Shown one piece after another: positions 29,005-38,679 of a stretch of DNA of 64,000 nucleotides (positions are counted from its first letter, which is position 1; every line of letters starts with the position of its first letter). The position numbers and the translations under genes were made by a program. The notes beneath the pieces are model-generated. The model was not told the DNA's origin and ran no database searches. It saw only the letters and a list, made by a program, of their open reading frames with translations. Origin of the DNA: an uncultured archaeon. GTDB lineage: Archaea > Iainarchaeota > Iainarchaeia > Iainarchaeales > GCA-2688035. The DNA lies in assembly GCA_964354805.1 (NCBI GenBank), contig CAYHBD010000009.1:64001-128000 (forward strand), written 5' to 3'.

Positions 29005-30525
29005 ATGCTGATGCAGAAAAAGATGAATAATCCAAAAACAGGGCACGCTGCCAAGAGCAAAGAGCCAGCGGCAACGCAAGAGGAAAAAAAGCAAACAGGA
29101 AAAATAGCAGGGGCTGAGCCAAAACAGGGGAAAGCAACGCAAAAAGAGCAAACAGCAGAGCCAGCGCAGGAAAAAAAGCAAACAGCAAAAGAGCAGGCAG
29201 AGGAAAAAAAACACGCAGAAAAAAAGGAATCAGGGGCACAAGAAGCAGAACAGGCAAAGCGGCAAAAAGAGCAAACAGCAGAGCAAATGAAAGAAAAAAA
29301 GCATGCGCCAAAAGAAGAGAGTGGGGAGGCAGTGCAGTACGCAGAGCAGGCTGTAATAAACATTGGCATGGTTGGACATGTTGACCACGGCAAAACCTCA
29401 CTGACCCTTGCATTGACTGGAAAATGGACCGACACGCACAGCGAGGAATTGAAGAGGGGAATCTCAATCAGGCTTGGATACGCCGATGTCACATTCTACA
29501 AGTGCGGCAGCTGCAGGGGAAGCGAAGCCTACGGCAACAAGCAGGTTTGCCCACTTTGCGGAAAAAAGTGCGAGAAATTGAGGAGAGTTAGCTTTGTTGA
29601 TGCGCCGGGACATGAAACCCTTCTTACAACAATGCTGAGCGGTGCAGCCCTAATGAATGCAGCTATTCTTGTAATTGCAGCAAACGAGCAATGCCCGCAG
29701 CCCCAGACAGAAGAGCACCTGATGGCGCTGAAAATTGCGGGCATAAACAACATTGTTGTAGCGCAGAACAAGATTGATCTGGTTGAAATGGAGCAGGCAA
29801 TAGAGAACAGGAAACAGATTGAACAGTTTCTGTCAAAAAACGGCTACAACAATATCCCGATTGTCCCTATTTCAGCAAACTTTTCAACAAACATTGATTT
29901 GCTGATAGAGGCGCTTGAACAACACATGCCAACCCCTGAATTTGACGTGAAAAAACCGCTAATAATGTATTGCGCAAGAAGCTTTGACATAAACAGGCCA
30001 GGAACACTGCCAGCTGAACTGAACGGCGGCATAGTCGGCGGAACAATAATCCAGGGAAAAGCAAAATCAGGGGATTCAATTGAAATTGCCCCTGGAGTTG
30101 ACGGAACTGTGCTGCTGACAAAAATAAGGAGCCTGAGCAGCAGCGTCGCTCAACTGCGTGAAGCGATTGCAGGCGGCCTGATTGCAATTGGAACAGGGCT
30201 TGACCCAAGCATAACGCAGAATGACAGGATGCGGGGTCAGATGATTGGGCATGAGCATGTCCTGCCTGTCGCGGTTAACAAGCTGCAGCTGCAGTTGAAT
30301 TACATTGAAAGGCTTGTCACAAGCGTTGACAGCAAAATAAAGCCAAGGGAACAGGTTGTTTTGACAATCGGAACAATGACAGTGCTTGCTGTTGTTGAAA
30401 GCATACAGGGCAACAACGCAAAAATTTCCATGAACAACAAGGCTGTTGTCCTGCCAAAACAGAGGATTGCGGTAAGCAAAAAAGACAAAGGCAGATGGAG
30501 ATTGGTTGCATATGCTGTCGCATAA
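29005..30525 (+). CDS. eif2g: Translation initiation factor aIF2 gamma with ~110-aa repetitive N-terminal extension (start uncertain)
   Basis: NIGMVGHVDHGKT, RGISIRLGYAD, Zn knuckle, DAPGHE, QNKID, RSFDINRPG. Confidence 0.96.
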   Translation: MLMQKKMNNPKTGHAAKSKEPAATQEEKKQTGKIAGAEPKQGKATQKEQTAEPAQEKKQTAKEQAEEKKHAEKKESGAQEAEQAKRQKEQTAEQMKEKKHAPKEESGEAVQYAEQAVINIGMVGHVDHGKTSLTLALTGKWTDTHSEELKRGISIRLGYADVTFYKCGSCRGSEAYGNKQVCPLCGKKCEKLRRVSFVDAPGHETLLTTMLSGAALMNAAILVIAANEQCPQPQTEEHLMALKIAGINNIVVAQNKIDLVEMEQAIENRKQIEQFLSKNGYNNIPIVPISANFSTNIDLLIEALEQHMPTPEFDVKKPLIMYCARSFDINRPGTLPAELNGGIVGGTIIQGKAKSGDSIEIAPGVDGTVLLTKIRSLSSSVAQLREAIAGGLIAIGTGLDPSITQNDRMRGQMIGHEHVLPVAVNKLQLQLNYIERLVTSVDSKIKPREQVVLTIGTMTVLAVVESIQGNNAKISMNNKAVVLPKQRIAVSKKDKGRWRLVAYAVA

Positions 30526-30907
30526 ACAGCACACCACAATTATTTTTGATTCAAACATTTTGATTGCAATCGAAAGAAAGAAAGCCGATGTGTTTTCAAT
30601 GGCAAGGCAGTTTTTTGGTGAAAGAGTGCGGTTTGGCGTAACAGGGCAGGTGCTGCAGGAACTGCACGAGTTGCAGGACAGGGGCAAAACAATGCAGAAA
30701 GAGGTTAAAATTGCTTTAATGGCTTTGCGCAAAGAGAAAGCCAAGGTAATCAGGGTTGAGGCAGGAAATGCTGATGATTCGCTTGTTGAGGCAGCAGGGA
30801 AGGGCTATTGCATTGCTTCAAACGATAAGGCGTTAAGAAAAAGAATAAAAGGGTTTGGGGTAGCGATTATGTATCTAAGCAAAGAAAAATTGCTGAAAGT
30901 AGCGTAA
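30512..30907 (+). CDS. PIN-domain protein (Fcf1/Utp23-like)
   Basis: IFDSNIL, ADD, ASNDKALR; conserved position between aIF2g and rpoE. Confidence 0.88.
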   Translation: MLSHKQHTTIIFDSNILIAIERKKADVFSMARQFFGERVRFGVTGQVLQELHELQDRGKTMQKEVKIALMALRKEKAKVIRVEAGNADDSLVEAAGKGYCIASNDKALRKRIKGFGVAIMYLSKEKLLKVA

Positions 30908-31040
30908 TTTTGTTGGTTGGAAAAAAAAATCCATAGTTTAAACAAAATGAAAGAAAAAAAAAAGGCAATTTCCGCAGGTGAAAAAATCAGTAGTTGGTTA
31001 AAGTGAAAGAAAAAGATGGTAATTCCGGCAGGTGAAAAAA

Positions 31041-31682
31041 ATGTATAGTTTGGTTAAAGTGAAAGACAAGGTGAGGGTTCCGCCAAAGCAGTTCACATCA
31101 AAATTGGAGAAAAGCGTTCTTGGTATGGTTCAGCAGGAATACGAAGGCCTTGTTGATGAGGACATCGGCCTTGTTGTAGCCGTGACAAATGTCAGCAATG
31201 TAGGGGAAGGCATTGTTGTGCCAGGAGACGGCAGTGCATACTATGACACGGAAATTGAAATGCTTGTATACAAGCCGCTGATGCACGAAGTGGTTGAAGG
31301 AAACATTAGTGAAATAACAGAGTTCGGCGCATTCGTAAGAATAAGCCCGATTGAAGGATTAATCCACGTTAGCCAGATAATGGATGACTTCATAAACTAT
31401 GATGCGAAAACCCCTTCATTCGTTGGAAAGAAAACAAGAAAGAAGCTGATTGTCGATGACAGCGTTATTGCAAGGATTGTAACAATTTCCTTGAAGGGAA
31501 ACATCCAGAACAGCAAAATCGGCCTGACAATGAGGCAGCCTTTCCTCGGAAAAGAGGACTGGATCAAAATGGACGAAAAAACAATCGGAAAAGACATTGG
31601 AAAAGAGCGAAAGGAGAAGCACGACAAGAGACAAAAAAGCGACAGGGACGAGAAAAAAGAGCAAGCACAAAAAGGGGGATAA
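31041..31682 (+). CDS. rpoE1: RNA polymerase subunit Rpo7 (E')
   Basis: VRVPP, PGDG, FGAFV, GLIHVSQIMDD, KIGLTMRQP. Confidence 0.97.
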   Translation: MYSLVKVKDKVRVPPKQFTSKLEKSVLGMVQQEYEGLVDEDIGLVVAVTNVSNVGEGIVVPGDGSAYYDTEIEMLVYKPLMHEVVEGNISEITEFGAFVRISPIEGLIHVSQIMDDFINYDAKTPSFVGKKTRKKLIVDDSVIARIVTISLKGNIQNSKIGLTMRQPFLGKEDWIKMDEKTIGKDIGKERKEKHDKRQKSDRDEKKEQAQKGG

Positions 31683-31715
31683 CAAAAAAGGGGGACAAAC
31701 AAAAGGGCCATTAAA

Positions 31716-31752
31716 AAGCCTTTCTTTAAAAAAGAAAGCCTTGGGAAAGAAA
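31716..31752 (+). repeat. REP-like hairpin element, copy 3
   Basis: AAGCC-TTTCTTT-aaa-AAAGAAA-GCCTT-GGGAAAG. Confidence 0.75.
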
Positions 31753-31897
31753 GAATAAACAGGGGCTAAATAAAGCTTTGAAAAAATGTGAAAAAACAGG
31801 GCAACCTAAAAGGAGAAAGCGGATAAATTGCAATTAAAAAAAGGTTTTTGAAAAAAAAGGAGTAAAAGGAAAAAGCAATTTTTAATCGTGGTTTTTT

Positions 31898-32092
31898 ATG
31901 GTGAAAGAAAAAGCTTGCAGGAACTGCAGAATGGTTGTATTGGAGGGAACAGAGTGCCCGAACTGCGGCGGCGCTGCCTTCACTACATTCTGGAGAGGCT
32001 ATGTTGTCATTCTTGACCCGGAAAAAAGCGAAATCGCAAAAAAGATGGGCATAAGCAAAAAAGGAAAATTCGCCCTAAGGCTGAGCAGGTAG
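31898..32092 (+). CDS. spt4: Transcription elongation factor Spt4 (RpoE'')
   Basis: ACRNC, CPNCG, WRGYVVILDPEKSEIA, GKFALR. Confidence 0.95.
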   Translation: MVKEKACRNCRMVVLEGTECPNCGGAAFTTFWRGYVVILDPEKSEIAKKMGISKKGKFALRLSR

Positions 32093-32182
32093 TTGGGGGA
32101 TTTGGGAAACAATAGGAAACGAGACAGCAAAAAAATCACGCTAAGGCTGAGCAGGTAAACACAGGGCGCAAGGGGTGGGACG

Positions 32183-32605
32183 ATGCACATTGATATCGAA
32201 AAGAAAAAAGAAAACAAGGCATTGAACAGAACAGAGATTGCATTCAAAATAAGCGAGTGCAAGGTAACACCAAAGCGCTTGGATGTCAGGGCAAAAATCG
32301 CTGCTTTAATGAGTGCAAAAGAACAGCTTGCGATTGTTGACAGCCTGCACCAGCAATTCGGCTCGGACATTGTAACAGGAACTGCAAAGGTTTACAATGA
32401 CGAGGCAACACTGCGAAAGCTTGAGCCAAGCTATTTGATTGCAAGAAACGAGGGAAGAAAGGAAAAGAAGGAAAAAGCTGCGGGAAAACCGGAAGAAAAG
32501 AAAGAGAAAACAGAGAAAAAGCCCGAGGAAAAATCTGCCGAGGCAAAAGAGAAAGCAGAAAAGCCAGGGGAGAAACCAGCAGCGAAAGAGGCTGCAAAAG
32601 CGTAA
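32183..32605 (+). CDS. rps24e: 30S ribosomal protein eS24 with K/E tail
   Basis: NKALNRTEI, TPKR, FG...GTAKVY. Confidence 0.93.
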   Translation: MHIDIEKKKENKALNRTEIAFKISECKVTPKRLDVRAKIAALMSAKEQLAIVDSLHQQFGSDIVTGTAKVYNDEATLRKLEPSYLIARNEGRKEKKEKAAGKPEEKKEKTEKKPEEKSAEAKEKAEKPGEKPAAKEAAKA

Positions 32606-32627
32606 TTGTTTGTGGAAGTGATTATTG

Positions 32628-32843
32628 ATGCCGAAGAAAGTGAAGGAAAGAAAGGGGAAAAGGCAGAGGAAAAAGCACCCGAAGCACCTCAAATCAACTC
32701 TTTATAACGCTAAAGATTCTGGCGTTGAGAGAAAGAACCGCTTCTGCCCAAAGTGCGGCCCAGGAATTTTCATGGCCCTACACAAAGAAAGGGTCACATG
32801 CGGAAAATGCGGTTACACGGAATGGAAAAAACAGGGCAGCTGA
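32628..32843 (+). CDS. rps27ae: 30S ribosomal protein eS31 (S27ae)
   Basis: [27 protein letters not shown]. Confidence 0.96.
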   Translation: MPKKVKERKGKRQRKKHPKHLKSTLYNAKDSGVERKNRFCPKCGPGIFMALHKERVTCGKCGYTEWKKQGS

Positions 32844-32855
32844 AAAGGTAAGCAG

Positions 32856-33410
32856 ATGGTTGAAAGGTTTTTGGCGAATTTTTTAATCGATTTCCTGCTG
32901 ATTTTTCTTCCAATCGCATTCTTTTTCCTGCAAAAAAAAGGTGGAAAGCAAAAATTCGGCTTAAAGGATTCCCTGCAAGAACTGGGCTTCTGCAAAATTC
33001 CGCTGAAACAATTTCTGAAAAAAACAATTATGCTGACAGTCGCATTGATTGCAGTTGCCTTTGCAATCAGCTTTTTATTGAACGCCTTTCACGCAAACGA
33101 TTTAAGCAATGTCACTCCGGCTATTGAAAGCCTGCGGGCAGTACCTCTGCTTTTGGTGTACATTGTAATCGTAAGAAGCAGCGCTGAAGAGGTTTTCTTC
33201 AGGGGCCTTTTGACAAAAAAAACAGGTGCCCTTGTTTCATCAATTCTTTTTGCATTAATCCATTTATCCTACGGCAGCTACGCCGAGGTTGCAGGAGCAT
33301 TCATTCTCGGCTTCATTTTTGCGAAAGCGTTCCAATTAAATAAAAACTTGTACCCAAATATTGCAGCACACATTGCATTCAACGCAGTATCAGTGACATT
33401 AATGTATTGA
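32856..33410 (+). CDS. CPBP/CAAX intramembrane glutamic protease
   Basis: EEVFFRG, FALIH, HIAFN motifs; multiple TM segments. Confidence 0.9.
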   Translation: MVERFLANFLIDFLLIFLPIAFFFLQKKGGKQKFGLKDSLQELGFCKIPLKQFLKKTIMLTVALIAVAFAISFLLNAFHANDLSNVTPAIESLRAVPLLLVYIVIVRSSAEEVFFRGLLTKKTGALVSSILFALIHLSYGSYAEVAGAFILGFIFAKAFQLNKNLYPNIAAHIAFNAVSVTLMY

Positions 33411-33492
33411 AACACAGGTTTTTGATACGGCAATAATAAAAAAAGGCATTGGATAAGATTGGAAGCCAATAATTGAAAAAGGTGATGAAAAG

Positions 33493-34116
33493 ATGGCAAT
33501 AGTAAAACAACTGTTGGGCGGAAACGAAAACGCAATAATTGAAAAAGCCGCAAAAATCCTCAAAGATGGCGGCGTAATAATTTTCCCTACGGAAACAAGC
33601 TATGGCCTGGCTGTTGATGCAACAAACGAGACAGCAATAACAAAAATGGTGAAGGCAAAGGAACAGCCAGAGGAAAAAAACATTTCAATAATCGTATCCG
33701 ATTTGGAGCAGGCAAAAAAATTCGGCAAAATCACGCCTGAAGCAGAAACCCTTGCAAAGAAATTCATGCCAGGGCCCCTGACGCTCGTAGTGGAAAAACA
33801 GTACAATGTGTCGAATGCGCTTGCGGAGAAAACAATTGCTTTCAGAATCTCAAGCAACAGGATTGCAACAGAGCTGTGCAAAGCGCTCGGAAACCCGATA
33901 ACAGCAACCAGCGCAAACCTGCACGGAAGGCCGAACATCTATTCAGGAAAAGAGGCAATAAAGCAGTTTGGCGGCAGGGTTCACATGATTATTGACGCTG
34001 GCGAGCTGCCAAAAATCCCGCCAAGCACAATGTATGACACAATCAACAAAAGAGTCCTGCGCTTCGGCCCAATAACAGAACAGGAAATAAAACAGGTGCT
34101 GGAGGAGCAGAAATGA
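33493..34116 (+). CDS. sua5: Threonylcarbamoyl-AMP synthase, short TsaC/YrdC form
   Basis: FPTETSYGL, PGPLT, TATSAN, PST; no SUA5 C-terminal domain. Confidence 0.93.
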   Translation: MAIVKQLLGGNENAIIEKAAKILKDGGVIIFPTETSYGLAVDATNETAITKMVKAKEQPEEKNISIIVSDLEQAKKFGKITPEAETLAKKFMPGPLTLVVEKQYNVSNALAEKTIAFRISSNRIATELCKALGNPITATSANLHGRPNIYSGKEAIKQFGGRVHMIIDAGELPKIPPSTMYDTINKRVLRFGPITEQEIKQVLEEQK

Positions 34117-34231
34117 ACCGCTTCAAGAAAATGATGTTGTATGATTTTAGGGGTTCTGATTTCTTGGCTGGCAGGCTGCAAGAGTTCAGGGGAAAGGGCT
34201 GTTTAAATATTTTTTTGGAGACTGTTTTGTT

Positions 34232-35233
34232 ATGATTGAACTCAGGTTTGGCGAAATTCTTGACCCGCTGCCTGAAAGGCTTTTGGGCAGGATTACAAAG
34301 CAAACCCTGCAAGGCATAAACAGGTATCCGTCAAACTATGGCAAGCTTGTTTCAAAGCTCGCCAAATTGCATAAAGTGGGGGAAAAAAACATTGTTCTAG
34401 CTAACGGCGTTGACGAAGCAATTGATTTGGTTGCAAGGGCATTTGGGCAAAAGATGGCGGTTTTCACGCCAACTTATTACGAATTTTGCGCTGCAGCGCA
34501 GCGCAACGGCCTGAAATGCAGTGGAATAAATTGTTTTGACGGAAAAAACTATTTCCCGAAATACGACAGCGTGCCAGGAGACTGCACGCTTTTGTTTTTG
34601 TGCAACCCCAACAATCCTTTTGGCACACTGCAAAAAAAAGAAGTCGTTGCATTGGCGCAAAAAACAAAAGCGATGGTTGCAGTGGATGAAACTTACATTG
34701 ATTTTGCCGGTGAAACATTAATCAAAGAGGCTGCGAATTGCAAAAACCTGCTTGTCTTCAGGAGTTTTTCAAAGGGCTTTTGCCTCCCTGGCTTGAGAAT
34801 AGGTTACGTTGTGGGGAACGAAAAGGCAATAAAGAAAATAATGCAGAGAAAGCTTTGCTTCAATGTTTCTTCAGTTGCAGTTGAAGCCGCGTTGCTGGCG
34901 CTGGATGAAAAAAACCATTTCAAGAAGCTCGTGAAATCGGTAATGAAAAGAAAAGCGGCTTTTGAGAAATTTCTGAAAGCAACGGGCTTTGACGTCAAGC
35001 AAAGCAGCATACCAAAAATTTTCATGCGCTTCCGCGCACCGAAACAGGCAATTGCATTCCAGAGGGTTCTGGAAAAAAACGGTTTTGCAATAACAGTTGG
35101 CAACGGGATTTCAACATGCGGCCTTGACAAGAGCTTTGCACAGTTTTCGTGCGGAACTGAAAAGCAAATGAGGCAACTCAAGGAAATAATAAAAAATTCG
35201 GTGAACCCTGATGGATTGGAAAAGCTTGGCTGA
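34232..35233 (+). CDS. Class I/II PLP aminotransferase (HisC/CobD-like)
   Basis: NRYP, NGVDEAI, CNPNNP, VDETY, RSFSK..LPGLRIGY. Confidence 0.88.
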   Translation: MIELRFGEILDPLPERLLGRITKQTLQGINRYPSNYGKLVSKLAKLHKVGEKNIVLANGVDEAIDLVARAFGQKMAVFTPTYYEFCAAAQRNGLKCSGINCFDGKNYFPKYDSVPGDCTLLFLCNPNNPFGTLQKKEVVALAQKTKAMVAVDETYIDFAGETLIKEAANCKNLLVFRSFSKGFCLPGLRIGYVVGNEKAIKKIMQRKLCFNVSSVAVEAALLALDEKNHFKKLVKSVMKRKAAFEKFLKATGFDVKQSSIPKIFMRFRAPKQAIAFQRVLEKNGFAITVGNGISTCGLDKSFAQFSCGTEKQMRQLKEIIKNSVNPDGLEKLG

Positions 35234-36323
35234 AACAAAAGCAGGAATCCTCTGTTGCGGGCTCAAAGAAAGCAAAGCCGCTGAAGAAATCTATGCATTG
35301 CAGCACCCGACATTGCATAAAAGAACAGGAAATGCCGGGTTGCAGCTTGCTTTGCCACAAGGCTTTATTGTAAACGGAATCTACGGCGAAGCTTTTTGCA
35401 AAAAATCGCCTTATTTGGCAGAGAAACAAGGAAAACAATTTTTTGTTTCAAGGAACGGCTCCCTGGTTTGCGCCTGCACCCCGATTCCCGCCCCAAAATG
35501 GTATCACAAAACAACAACAGACGGCAAGCCAATGTCAAGCATAATGCTGCAGGAGGGCAAAGACACTCTGATTTCGAGCGTTTGGAACAATTGCTGTTAT
35601 TTTCAGAACGGAACGCAATGCAAATTCTGCATATTGGGTTATCAAAAAGAAATGCAGTGGAAAAACGAAAAACAGGTTCTTGAAACACTGCTCGCAGCGC
35701 TGGAAGAAAACCCAGCATACCAGCTTCACCTGACAGCAGGCAACAGCGCCAGCCCGGACCACGGCTTGGCAAACTACGAAAAATACGTCAAAACAATCAG
35801 GAAAGAAACCAATCTGCCGGTTACATTGGAAATAAGCCCGCCTGAAGATTTAAAACAGCTCGAAAGCATAATCGCAGCAGGAGCAAATGGCTTTTCAATA
35901 AACATTGAAATATGGGATGAAAAAAAACGCAGGGAAATCTGCCCTGGGAAATCAAAAATAAAACGCGAAAAATATTTCCAGGCATGGCAAAAAGCAGTTG
36001 ATTTGCTCGGAAAATTCAAGACAAGCTCAGTGCTAATAGTCGGCTTGGACAGCAAGGAAAATATTGCAGAAGGCATCAGGGCAATGGCCTGCATCGGAAT
36101 AAAACCAGTCTTAATCCCGTTCAGGCCGTTCGCAAAGTCTGCACTGCATTATTTGCAGCCACCGAAAGCGCGAGAACTGATGAAATTGTCGGAAATTGCA
36201 GGAAAAGAATTAAAAAAAGCGGGCGCAAAGGAAAAAGAACTAATCGGCTGCGAACACTGCGGAGCATGCAGCCTTGAAAAAGATTTTCTGGTTAACGCAA
36301 GAAAGGAAAATGCGGAAAAGTGA
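35211..36323 (+). CDS. Radical SAM protein (MSMEG_0568/biotin-synthase-like)
   Basis: CYFQNGTQCKFC cluster motif, PGKS, IVGL, PFRP, C-terminal CEHCGACS. Confidence 0.85.
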   Translation: MDWKSLAETKAGILCCGLKESKAAEEIYALQHPTLHKRTGNAGLQLALPQGFIVNGIYGEAFCKKSPYLAEKQGKQFFVSRNGSLVCACTPIPAPKWYHKTTTDGKPMSSIMLQEGKDTLISSVWNNCCYFQNGTQCKFCILGYQKEMQWKNEKQVLETLLAALEENPAYQLHLTAGNSASPDHGLANYEKYVKTIRKETNLPVTLEISPPEDLKQLESIIAAGANGFSINIEIWDEKKRREICPGKSKIKREKYFQAWQKAVDLLGKFKTSSVLIVGLDSKENIAEGIRAMACIGIKPVLIPFRPFAKSALHYLQPPKARELMKLSEIAGKELKKAGAKEKELIGCEHCGACSLEKDFLVNARKENAEK

Positions 36324-36339
36324 TGAAAAATGAACTGCC

Positions 36340-36978
36340 CTAAAGCTTAAGAGCGCTTCTAAGGTGGCTTAAGTCCAATACAAAAACCATTAAAGTATTC
36401 TTTTTTGTGTCAATGACATATTCCCAACTCTCAGTGATATCGATTCCGTCTTCTTCAGAAGCACGTTTTGTCATGACATCAACATAATCCAAAGCACTTT
36501 TTATTTCTTGGCTTCTTTCAAGACCCCTTTTTTTAAAAAAAACGAAGACGTTGTTTTTATTCATTGTTTGCAAGTCCCCAAACTTTCGCAAGTCCGTAAG
36601 TGCAAGATGTTTTTCTCCGTTAATTTCAACAACCCTTATTGTTGGTGGCACAGGATACCCTTTTGCCCTAAGATTTTGAAACATCTTAAATTCTCTTTCA
36701 GCAATGCTGCTTTGAGTTTCACCGCAAAACTCTTTCAGGTTATATCTTTTTACAACAAGCCTTATTTTTTTATTTCCTTTACAGACTATAAAATTATAAG
36801 CCCTGCCATGCCGCCCCGCGGCGGGCATTTTCTCGGTTACTTGCAAAAGCCCAGGGCCTGTTATACCAAACAGCGCATTAACTTTCTTAATCTTTTGAAC
36901 CCGGTGAACTGTATCAGGATGGAAATCCTTTTTTCCACCCCTTAAAAAGTTTTTTTGGTGCCCGGATTTGTGCTTCAT
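36340..36978 (-). CDS. Hypothetical protein with kinase-like N-lobe
   Basis: G-rich loop, VVKRY, AEREF, GYPVP, terminal VLDL; catalytic HxD not evident. Confidence 0.55.
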   Translation of the reverse strand: MKHKSGHQKNFLRGGKKDFHPDTVHRVQKIKKVNALFGITGPGLLQVTEKMPAAGRHGRAYNFIVCKGNKKIRLVVKRYNLKEFCGETQSSIAEREFKMFQNLRAKGYPVPPTIRVVEINGEKHLALTDLRKFGDLQTMNKNNVFVFFKKRGLERSQEIKSALDYVDVMTKRASEEDGIDITESWEYVIDTKKNTLMVFVLDLSHLRSALKL

Positions 36979-37079
36979 AATAATTAATGTTATTAGAAAG
37001 TAATTAAATTGTTTAATGGTAGAAGAATATTACAACATTGACTTAAGAAGGCAAATAAAGTTGTTTGTGGTTAACGCTT

Positions 37080-37415
37080 TTAGGCGAGCGCTTTTACGGC
37101 TTGTTCCTCAAACCCAATTTTTTCCATTGATTTTTTCATCAACTCGTTGTCCAATTCAATCAATTGTTTTACCACAGGGTTTTTGTTATTGAGCTTGAAC
37201 ATGCTTGCCTTGCCGACTTTTCTGGTGTAAGTTACTGTATTGGCTTTTTCCAACTTGCCCCAGAAGGTTTCCAATGTATTCCAGGAAACATTGGCATTCC
37301 TGCAAATGTCTTTCTTTGAGTAGTCAAATATGTCGTTCTCTATCAAGAAATCCAAGACCCTAATTATCGGGGAATCGCCAAAGAACAGCACAAACAAAGA
37401 CTTGTCTTCAGCCAT
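37080..37415 (-). CDS. Winged-HTH protein
   Basis: FGDSPIIRVLDFL, YSKKDI..ANVSWNT, TRKVGKASMFKLN. Confidence 0.8.
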   Translation of the reverse strand: MAEDKSLFVLFFGDSPIIRVLDFLIENDIFDYSKKDICRNANVSWNTLETFWGKLEKANTVTYTRKVGKASMFKLNNKNPVVKQLIELDNELMKKSMEKIGFEEQAVKALA

Positions 37416-37614
37416 ACAAAGAAATCCCTTTTATAATTGATATAACTACTTGTAGGTAAATAATTTAAATAGTAGAAGGCCAAGTTTGAGTGCAAAAGAT
37501 ATTTCGTTTTTTGACGGTAAGAAAGAAGCATTTTAAAAGTATCGTATGGGGGTATTTAAATAAGGAAAAAACGAAAAGAAAATATTAAATAGGAGAACTT
37601 ACTTATAAAGGTAG

Positions 37615-37872
37615 ATGCACATGGCAGGAACTTCTTTTTTGACCTTCAAGAAAAATGACGTTGAACAAATACTGACAACGTTAGATATCGTCACAGAAAA
37701 AAAGGGCGTGAAAGAATTTATTTTAGATGAGAAAAAAGAGATTGCAAAGTGCTATGTCTGCGATGAAAAGCTTACTCCAGAAAACATAGGGAACATAATC
37801 AAAGGCTCAAAAATTCTCCTTTGTGACAATCCTTCCTGCTTTAGCGGATACCTTGTTGAGAAAAAACTTTAG
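37615..37872 (+). CDS. Small Zn-finger-like hypothetical protein
   Basis: CYVC...CDNPSC; AT-rich block. Confidence 0.6.
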   Translation: MHMAGTSFLTFKKNDVEQILTTLDIVTEKKGVKEFILDEKKEIAKCYVCDEKLTPENIGNIIKGSKILLCDNPSCFSGYLVEKKL

Positions 37873-37878
37873 ACACTT

Positions 37879-38679
37879 ATGGCTGAATTTATTAACAAGG
37901 TAAAAAAACGATTTGGGGGAAAGGTAAAAATAGGCATAAATCCCTCATTCGAAACTGAAAAGGCTGAAATCCATATTGGGCACAACTACAACATTACGAT
38001 AAATCAGTTCGGAGACAAAACAGACCCAAAAAAAATCTTGGAAAGCTTTGAAAAAGAGCAAATACTTACAAGAGACGACCTACTTCTCCCAGACATAGAG
38101 CAAACAGAAACGGTTATCACAAGAAGTCAACTCCTGCTGTTCTACCGCCCCCATCTAAGCAAAAAAGATTTGGCTGCCCTCAATGACAGTCTTAGCATAA
38201 TAGCTTTGGAAGATAAAGAACTGAATGAGGAAGCAAAAAAAAGACACGAGCAATTGTATAAAGCGTATAAAAAACGGGGTCTCGTGATATATAACTTTGC
38301 AAGAAGTGGGCTCTTTGAAACCGAAATAAAAGTAACCCTTGAAAGGATAATCAAGCAACATCTCGGAAAAGAAGTTAAAACAATAGATGAATTCAATAAC
38401 TATTTTGAAGGACTAATTCAAAGACACCCCGCAAACATTTATGTTAGCAAATACTGGGCTGAACATAGAGTATTGGATGAGATCCAAGAAAGATTGGAAT
38501 TGATATTACGAGATAAAACAAGCTTAATCAAAATATATTGCAGGGAACCGCAATTGGGGATGGTCAAAACTGTGTGTAACCAAGTAGAAAGTTTATTTAC
38601 TATAACTCATGATGAGTATAGGTTTGGAAAAAATAAAGCATACACATTTTATCTGGCCCTTAAAGAAGATGCTGATTAA
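37879..38679 (+). CDS. Hypothetical protein (AT-rich accessory block)
   Basis: 266-aa ORF; stop abuts the kae1 ATG. Confidence 0.65.
   Translation: MAEFINKVKKRFGGKVKIGINPSFETEKAEIHIGHNYNITINQFGDKTDPKKILESFEKEQILTRDDLLLPDIEQTETVITRSQLLLFYRPHLSKKDLAALNDSLSIIALEDKELNEEAKKRHEQLYKAYKKRGLVIYNFARSGLFETEIKVTLERIIKQHLGKEVKTIDEFNNYFEGLIQRHPANIYVSKYWAEHRVLDEIQERLELILRDKTSLIKIYCREPQLGMVKTVCNQVESLFTITHDEYRFGKNKAYTFYLALKEDAD

Noticed and set aside
34113-34235. 40-aa ORF coupling sua5 to the aminotransferase
   Set aside because: No recognisable motif, and it contains a TATA-like TTTAAATA, so it is likely promoter or remnant sequence.
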